A stretch of 64,000 nucleotides of DNA, from the NCBI RefSeq assembly GCF_009914755.1, contig NC_060940.1; one strand, 5' to 3'. Position 1 is the stretch's first letter; each line of letters opens with the position of its first letter. The translations under genes and the position numbers were made by a program. This document shows, in pieces, positions 54,801 through 64,000 of this stretch. Source of the DNA: the human T2T-CHM13v2.0 reference genome, Homo sapiens. The notes below the pieces were generated by a model. The model searched no databases and was not told the DNA's origin. It saw only the letters and a program-made list of their open reading frames with translations.

Positions 54801-55689
54801 TAACAGACTTGCCAGCTCCTTAAGGATAAGAACTATATTTTCTTCCTTTTTTTGTATGCCTCCCCATGCAAGGATAATTACACAGAATAAGCACTGAGAT
54901 GCCTGTTGATGGATTTATTCCAGCAATTTTTTTTTTTTAGCTCTCTTTGTCTGGAACTTTGCAAAATAAACACCATGGTCACTCCGTGCTTTGTGAGTGA
55001 CGTGCTAGAATGGAATTTCACTGTTTTAAATTCAGGGTTAATTTCTTGCTTTCAAATGAATTATGAAAGGAAGAGGAGAGACCTTTGGAAAAGTCTGAAT
55101 GTTGATGCCGACGACTAGCCAGGCGCTTCCCTTCCAGCTGGTTTCGTGAGGGATTAAGAGGCCACTGTTGTGAATCTCCCATTAGTGATGGTCCCAGGCC
55201 CCCTCCTCATTGTGCATTTATCTTACAAGAGGCATATTTAGGAGATGTTTCCGTTCTATTTTATCTGCAGAATTACTTTCCATTCTCAGGTCTTTTATAT
55301 AAGTATTCCCTTGAACCTGTTCCAAAAACTGGATTTTTAACCCAATAGACCATAACTGCAGTGTTTTATTGTGCTTACATATTTCAAAATGTGAATGTAA
55401 GTAGATTTAGCAAAGTTAAAATAAAATGAAAACTTTTCAAAGGGCACCACTGCTCGCATTCCCATGTTGGAGTTTTCCCTTTGGGGTTCTTATGCCATTT
55501 TAAAGACTCTGAAAACAGGAAGACTTTTTCTCTTGGGTATTTTTTTTTTTTTTCCTCTGCAAGGGATGGGGTCATAAGACATTGGTGAGGTTAGGCCTTC
55601 CTTTGTCTCCCAGGAGCACACTTGATAGCAATGTAGGGTGAATTCCAAATCTGTGAGTTAGTGCCATATATAGCAGTGTTGTCAGTAAG

Positions 55690-56470
55690 ATTTCTCACTG
55701 GCATCTCTGCTTCCCCTCTTGACTCTCTTGAAATCCCTTCTTCAGGCAGAAGCTGGAGTCATTTCTCTAAAATAGAAATCTGATCTTGCCACCACCCTAC
55801 TTGCCACTCCCTGCTTAATCCCTTCACTGGCTCACCATATCCCTTAGGATAAAATAACAAAATCCTTTCCAGGGCCTGCAAGACCCCTGCCAACCTCTGC
55901 AGCTTACTTTGTACCACTTTCCCCAGAAACCTGCTACCTACCCTGCTCCTTGCCACAGGGCCTTTGCACAGGCTCTTGTCTCTGGCTAGAGTAGTCTTCC
56001 CATCCTGCTTTAGCTAATCAACTCTTTCTCATCATTTAGGCTTCAAATGGATCATCACTTTCTCTGGGGTGCAGGGGTCTTTCATATAAGTATTTCTTTG
56101 AACTCATTCCAAAAAAGTGGATTTTTAGAAATAGAAAAAACTAATTTAGAAATAGAAAATTAATTGAGTTTTAGTTTTTAGAAAATTATCTAAGAAGTAG
56201 ATTTTTAGAAATAGAAAATTAACGTAGATCACAGAAAATTATCCAAACTCAGTTAATTTTCCCTTTTCCAGCAACTGTATTTGTCCTCCCCACTTCTCTT
56301 CCCTGCCTTCTTTTTTTCTCCTTAGCACTTACAATGTCTCACTCATGTAGACTCGAAGCTTCACAAGGGCAGGGATTTTAGTCTATTTCATTGAAAATCT
56401 GTCACCAGTCACTGGCCCAGAGAGAGTCCTCAAAAATAATTGTTGAATGAATGAATGAATGAATGAATGA
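55690..56470 (+). mobile_element. L2 3' region with (GAAT)n tail
   Basis: CAGGGCCTTTGCACAGGCT...GGGCAGGGATTTTAGTCTATTT...TGTTGAATGAATGAATGAATG. Confidence 0.8.
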
Positions 56471-56554
56471 TGATGGCGTGATGATTGTGTATTCCTCATC
56501 TGGCTGTAAGTTTCACAAGGCCAGGCACTGGGGTCCTATTTTGCTCACTGTTGC

Positions 56555-57090
56555 TGTGTGGGAAAGAGTTAGTACAGCAGACTGTCGCAAGCTTGGCTCT
56601 TGGCTGCATCTGGGAACTTGGAATTTAGGAGGGCTGTCACCATTCCCAGATCAGATAAAGATGGCTCACTCTGTCTAGACTGCTTGTACCAAAAATAGGG
56701 CTCATGTGGAATACCTGGTTTCCTTTGTGGAGGCTGGAATTTTGTTATATGCTACAGAGAGGGTGCCTACGTGGCCAACTTCCAATAAAAACTGTGGACA
56801 CTGAGTCCCTAATACATTTCTCTGGTAGACAATACTTCATATATATTTTCACAGCTCATTTCTGGGGGACTAATTAAATGCATCCTGTGTGACCCCACTG
56901 GAAGAGGACATTTGGAATCTTGTACCTGGTTTTCTCCAGACTTCGCCTCATTCACCATTTCCCTGTGCTCATTTTGCCTTGCATCCTTTTGCTGTGATAA
57001 ATCTCAGCCATGAGTGTGACCGTATGCTGAGTCTTATGAGTCTTCCTTGCAAACCACCAAACCTGGGTTGGCGTTTCAGTGCCTGACACA
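56555..57090 (+). mobile_element. MER68-like ERVL solo LTR inserted in an L2 tail
   Basis: TGTGTGGGAAAGAGTTAG...GGCTGCATCTGGGAACTTGG...CCTGACACA; TG..CA ends; 5-bp TSD GTTGC/GTTGT. Confidence 0.75.
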
Positions 57091-57174
57091 GTTGTATTCC
57101 TAAGACATAGTTGGGACCAGACCTCAAGAAAATAGCCAACAAATACTGGCTGAATGAACGAAAGAGGCCATATG

Positions 57175-57514
57175 CAGTCAGCCCCCCTCTCTCTGGGTTC
57201 TACATATGTAGATTTAACTAATGACAGATTAAAAGCATTCGAACAAACGGAGGGTGGTATCTGTACTGAAAATGTACCAACTGCTTTTTTTTGTCATTAT
57301 TCCTTAAACAATCCAACATAACCACTATTTATATCGTGTTTATATTGTATTAGGTATTATAAGTAATCTAGAGATGATTTAAAGTGTACAGGAGCATCAC
57401 ATACATTATATGCAAATACTATACAATTTTATGTTAGGGACTTGAGCATTTGTGGATTTTGGTATTTGGGGGGGTTCCTTGAACCAGTCCCCTTTGGATA
57501 CTGAGGGACAACTG
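57175..57514. mobile_element. Tigger3a-like non-autonomous DNA transposon
   Basis: CAGTCAGCCC...TTGTATTAGGTATTATAAGTAATCTAGAGATGATTTAAAGT...GATACTGAGGGACAACTG followed by TA. Confidence 0.85.
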
Positions 57515-57845
57515 TACAAATCACATTTAGGAGTGGATGCAGGTCAGTCGTGACATCTCATCCACCCCTTCCTCACCCAAGATTCTCCGTGGCTTGTGTC
57601 AAGGCCTCACCACATCAGAATATTTCTGCTCATGGTTGCTGAGACAGAGCTGGACAGGTCCAGCATCCATTCCCCAAAACAGAACTCAAACTGACGATCA
57701 TCAAGATATTCCAGCTATGGCAAACTGCGGAAGAATTAGGACAGATGTATGACTTATTTCATATAAAGCTAAATCAGTTTAATTTATATGATTGTCCTTT
57801 ATTCTGAGATTATGTTCAACAGATATTTTCAGTGTTAAAATATTC

Positions 57846-58130
57846 TTTTTTTTTTTTTTTTGAGACAGGGTCTGGCTCTGTCACCCAGGGTCTAGCACAG
57901 TGGCACGATTTTGGCTCACTGCAGCTTCCTCCTCCCAGGCTCAAGAGATATTCTTGCCTCAGCCCTCCAAGTAGGGCTACACGTGTGTGCCACCGTGCCT
58001 GGCTATTTTTTGTAGGGACAGGGTTTCAACATGTTGCCAAGGCTAGTCTCTAACTCCTGGGCTCAAGCAATCTGCTCACCTGGGTCTCCCAAAGTGTTGG
58101 GATTATAGGTGTGAACCACCATACCCAGCC
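57846..58130 (-). mobile_element. AluJ
   Basis: Reverse dimer; TSD AAAATATTCTTTT. Confidence 0.88.
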
Positions 58131-58424
58131 AAAATATTCTTTTCAAAGTGATTAGAAGTAGGAGAAGCTTGCTCTCTTTTTATTGGCACTTCTGTCTTAC
58201 ATGCACTTTTTGATTTAAATTATTCTGTCTTCTATGAAATGACAGTGATTGGAGGTGGTTTATTTTTTTTTAAGTCTGCTTACTCGGAAAAATAAAACAA
58301 AGTTGACAACCTGATTTCAGACCTCCCAATTTTTGTTAAAAAAAATAAAAGTCTTCTTGGTCCATGAAATCCAGAAACTGGAGACCAAACTAGCAAATTC
58401 GCAAGGAGCTGCTTGATAGAAAAA

Positions 58425-58650
58425 CACTTGAGATCAAGAGTCAGAAATAGCTGGGTTGAATTCCAGTTCTCTCATATTAAGTGACAAGTTGCAGAATGCC
58501 CCTGTCTTTCTGAGCTGTTTTTATATCTGTACAATGGGGTTAATACTACTAGTATTTGCTTCCAGGGATTGTTTTGGAGGGGAGTGAGGAATAAATGATA
58601 TAATTCACTAAAACACGTAGAATAGTATTTGACACAGAGTAGGTCAGCAT
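58425..58650 (+). mobile_element. MIR
   Basis: GAGTCAGAAATAGCTGGGTTGAATTCCAG...ATCTGTACAATGGGG..AATACT. Confidence 0.65.
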
Positions 58651-58803
58651 GCCCAAAGTATCAGAGTCATTATTGAGTTATTCCGCTACCTCCGTATTTG
58701 AGTCCTTTCTTTTGGGCTTTCCTACTTAACGTCGCAGATGTTATTTTTTTGAAGAGGGTGTAGGCCAAGAAAGGGGTGGGAGAAACGAGCAAGGTGTTGA
58801 TAG

Positions 58804-59229
<426 letters not shown>

Positions 59230-59290
59230 TAGGGCCATGTTGGAGAGGGATCCAACATTTATTATCCCCATTTTACAGATGAAGAAGTTA

Positions 59291-59604
<314 letters not shown>

Positions 59605-60739
59605 TTAAGGATTGCAGAGCATAAGTATCTTCTATGGGGCTACCCAACTAGGTCGGGACAGGGCAGGGATTTGAACCTAGGAGCTCTTGGATTGCAATTT
59701 TTCATTCACCCCTCCCTCTCCACCCTTCCTGTCTTCAAGCCTGAGCAGGTGATACTGCATTTTGTACCGTATGACTTTAAAACAGAACCACGAGTTCAGA
59801 ACTTTGGTTAGGTCCTGCCCGTGTTCTCTAGCTAACGCATGGCAACGCTGGTTTCCAACCTTTCACTGTGCGGGTTTCTGATGAGTACGCTGGCAGGCCT
59901 CTGGCTTCAGAGATGCCACTACAAAGGTCTCCTCCTTTTCATAAACATTGCTGCAAGGCCCGCTTCTCAAGAAAGCAACTTGTGCTACCTCCTGCGTGCT
60001 TTTATGCTTCGCTGTGAAGTGCAAAGTTGGGCTGGCAGGCCTGGCTTTCTTCTCCGACTTATGTATGATTCATCAAGAGGACTCCAGGCTGTGGTGTGCG
60101 GTGCAACCCGGGCTGTGTTCCCGAGTGCATCAAACGGGGATTGGGACCTGTTTTCCTTCCCACTCACATGTAGGTCACCTACGGGAGCAGGGGAGGAACC
60201 ATCTGAGGTGTTTTTTTTTTTTTTTTTAGATTTCTCATTGCTGAGAACAGTTCCAGCTCTGCTGACCAAAGGCTGAGTGTCCTTTTATTAGTCTGAGCCC
60301 CTAGAGAGACCAAAGAGGCAACCCTCGAGCCAACTGACAGCCAGCTGTGGGGTTGGACCCTGTTTTTCATACAGTGAGCACTCTTGAACCCAGAGAAGGT
60401 GCAGGTTGGAGATGCAGCTATATGACTCTGTACCAGAGAGAGACCTTTTTGTACATTTGGAATAAAAATTTTTAGCATTAGAGATTCGCTTTTTTGTGTC
60501 TAAATACAAATGTCCAGGAGAATAGGAATGCCATAGTGGTGAGCTAAGAGCAGGCAGTTAGTTAAGTGTATGACAAGTATCTCATTATAAATGGATGCTG
60601 AAATGTCCAAGTGTGGAAATGATATGCTTCAGCTCTTATTTTTAAGTCATCCTTATCTCTTTCACTTATTCCCTCATTCAGGCACCAAAAATGCTGTTTG
60701 ACTGGGAGAGCAAGTGGAGCTGTTCAAAGTTCTAGGGAC

Positions 60740-61045
<306 letters not shown>

Positions 61046-61124
61046 TCAGTGGATTCTGCCGATAAACATCATCTGGACGGAATGAAGCTGAGGGCCAATA
61101 GTTTAGAGGCTCAGCACCCGACTG

Positions 61125-61145
61125 GAGAGAGAGAGAGAGAGAGAG

Positions 61146-61181
<36 letters not shown>

Positions 61182-61196
61182 TGCATGTGTATACGC
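61125..61196. repeat. Compound (GA)12(GT)14 plus alternating RY extension
   Basis: Counted directly. Confidence 0.9.
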
Positions 61197-61774
61197 TGGT
61201 GTTTAGGTGGGCTTGAGAAAAGTGCTGACTTTGTGAACGAGGAGGAGGGAAAGGGTCCAGAGCAGTAAAGAGCCTGTAAATAAATTCATACCAGCTTCAG
61301 CCCCATGCTTTCGTTTGGGATTCCTCATCCAACCCTGACGGCTTCCCTGCGGGACATATTTCCCCCTCTTACAGATAGGAAACCTTGCCCAATGTGATTA
61401 CGCCAGGAAGTCAGATTTCAAATCTAAATGTGCCTAATGCCAAAACTGTACCTCTTGCCACTCAACATCTGCAGTCAAAGGCTTCCTGACTCAGGATTTG
61501 CTGGGGTCTGGCTCTGGGCTATTAGAATTAGATGCGTGAGACCCTTTCAATCTAAACCTTAAGTATTTTGCCTGTTGGACAGATGCCTGGTTGTCCCTTT
61601 AATCCATCGCCCAAAAAGCCTGAGGAAGGATGGCAGGTGGACTTGGATCTAGGCCACTCCCTTAGATCCTGATTAGGGGACCTCTGCGACTGCTCATCTG
61701 GGAGGAACTAGGGGAGCGCTAATGTGTTGTCCTTGACTGGGCAAGAAGGGAAGGAGAATTGTGAAACATGCACA

Positions 61775-62000
61775 ATTAGAAGTCGTGCACCTGGGTTCAT
61801 ATCCTGGCTGGGCCACTTACTTTCTGGCGGGTGGGGAGGGCAGACAAGTTGCTCATCCTCTCTGCGCCTCAGTTTCTTCATCTACAAAATGAAGATGTTG
61901 GTTATTTCTTTATTCAAGGGTTGTTGAGAGGATGAAGTGCTAAAAATGCTTGACCAGCATTCACACAGGCACTAAGACGGTGAGTACTCACTACTTAGCG
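61775..62000 (+). mobile_element. MIR
   Basis: CCTGGGTTCATATCCTGGCT...CCTCAGTTTCTTCATCTACAAAATGAAGAT. Confidence 0.75.
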
Positions 62001-63464
62001 CTGTCAACATCATCTCCGTCCACATCAATGTCGTCATCGTCCTTATGAAAAGCCCTGGGCATCATTTTGCCCTTGAGCTGGATGTCCATGTTGGAAAAAC
62101 AGCTAGTGGAAGGCGTGCCCAAATCTCAGAAGTTGGCGTTTCCTTGCAGATATCATTGGTGGCCATTGGAGGGGAAAAAGATGCTTTGGAAACCAGGACA
62201 CAGAGAAAAGTGCCTCGTATTATACAGAGCCAAGAGAGGTCACTGTGGAAGTACAGAGGAAGCCTTGGCCTAATTGCACGGTTAATACAATTCCGTAACT
62301 CATCCTGCCAACACGAAGGTAGATGGACGGTCCTTATGCTCGCTGCGGAACACTGCCTGTGTTTTCCTAGGAGAGACATCTGCACTCTAGTAGTGATTAA
62401 AATGCCTTTGACAGGCTCTTGCTATTAAGAGTTTCTGGCTCCAGTTTAATAAAAGGTAGTATATTATAATGGAAACCAGGTTATTATTGATAAGGACTAG
62501 ACATATTAGAGACCAGGTTAAAGCTTTGATAGTCCCAAATGCAAGGGGAGGGAGCTAAGGGTTATTGCAAACCTACTGTGTGTCAATTGCTCTACCAGAC
62601 ACCTCAGAGACATCACAGCCAAAGACCCCCACCTTTGAATAAACCAAGTTTGGCCTCTCTGATATATTAATATATTTAATCATCAGACTTTCAGTGTTAA
62701 AGGAGATTACAGTAGAGGCATCCAGTTGATTGGGGAATAGTTGTTGCAAATGATAAGCTCTTTTGAATAAACTGATACTGACTTAATGAGGTTCTGCTGT
62801 GTACTATCTTTTTTTTCCTAATAGAAAATAGAGTAGCTGCCCTCCCCATCCGCCATTCTCAGTCCTTTTGCTTACTAGTAATGACCCTCTTTTCTCTCAC
62901 TCCATGGGAACTTTTAAAACTGATAATTAATGGATTTTTAGCCTCAAGTTTCTGGAATTCTAAGAGGGCCTGAAAGGTAAGTGCTCACTTACTGAGGTGT
63001 GTGAACAAAAACAGGCAACCTAGCTCAGCAAGTAAGAATGGAGTGGCATCTCCCCACCTGCTCTGGAGTCATGTGTTTGCTTCTGGAAGGGAGGCAAGAG
63101 GCATTCAACCTCCTGTTAATTTGGTTGCTCCTTCAGATACGCTCTTCATGGTACAGCCCTGAGCTGCATCATTTAAAGACCAATTGTTAAGGACCAATCT
63201 GAGGGCCTGTGCATTAGTTAAAACTCCTTATCTGGTCATAGAGGGTGGTGTGGTTTGGACGCGTTCCCCTTGTCTGTGCAATTCCCAACAGAGGCAACTG
63301 CGCATTTGAGACAGGTTGAGGGTTCAAGCTGTCCAATCCCTGCTCATCTGCAGCACACCGAGGAATGTGGACTAATGAAAAATAAACTGCATGCATGCAA
63401 TGCCCATCACGCTGCCTGCATTTTCTAATCTTCACAATAACTCTGTGTTGAGAAATATTCCTGT

Positions 63465-63760
63465 CTGTAATCCCGGCACTTTGGGAGGCTGAAGCGGGCA
63501 GATCACCTGAGGTCAGGAGTTTGAGACCAGCCTGGCCAACATGGTGAACTCCCCCCAACCAACGACCCTTCCCATATCTACTAAAAATACAAAAATTAGC
63601 TGGGCATGGTGGTGGGGACCTATAATCCCAGCTACTTGGAGGCTGATGCAGCAGAGTCTGTTGAACCCAGGAGGCAGAGGTTGCAGTGAGCCAAGACAGT
63701 GCCACTGTGTTCCAGCCTGGGCAACAAGAGTGAAACTCTGTCTCAAAAAAAAAAAAAAAA
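63465..63760 (+). mobile_element. AluS, slightly 5'-truncated, in a MIR remnant
   Basis: CTGTAATCCCGGCACTTTGGGAGG...A tail; small C-rich insertion after ATGGTGAA. Confidence 0.88.
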
Positions 63761-64000
63761 TTGTTTCTGGCCCCACGTTACAGATGAGGCTTTTAAAGAT
63801 ACCCAGCCAATGGTCCACAGTGATGTAACTCATCAGTGGTCCACCTGACATTGGAAATTCGGTTGCTTTGGAACCTTCTACTACATCCCCTTTCCTTACT
63901 CACTGACATCATTCCCAGATCAAAGAAAGATAAAAGAAGGAAGGGCTGGAGACGTTGTTTTCCTGTATGCTCCTTGATGAAGGGCTCAGAGCTAAGCGCG

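Overview
Human (primate) non-coding DNA with no credible protein-coding exon, RNA gene or CRISPR array. All long ORFs derive from Alus or low-complexity repeats, or are chance ORFs. The window holds about 20 Alus (J/S/Y) plus MIR, L2, old L1M fragments, MaLR/ERVL solo LTRs (MLT1, THE1, MER68) and DNA-transposon relics (MER58A in MER46C, MER5, Tigger3a, a rearranged MADE1 array, a probable MER135-like ancient hairpin). From memory, the (TA)16 at 1353-1385 with flanks ...TTTTTCAAT / TTTAAAGCTGTCATGGAAAGCC..., plus a (TA)16-T28 about 3.2 kb downstream, match the Flex1/Flex5 elements of common fragile site FRA16D. That would place the window in the giant intron 8 of WWOX (16q23); this was recognised, not searched. 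The main signal is structural: a perfect 41-bp-arm palindrome in a MADE1 patchwork, A35(TA)21, C28, a 383-nt polypyrimidine/G4 tract, a GA/GT Z-DNA tract and close inverted Alus. Several small rearrangements look like template-switch or break-repair scars, and a few transposon-poor, CpG-retaining islands are candidate enhancers. I found no evidence for a new protein-based system.
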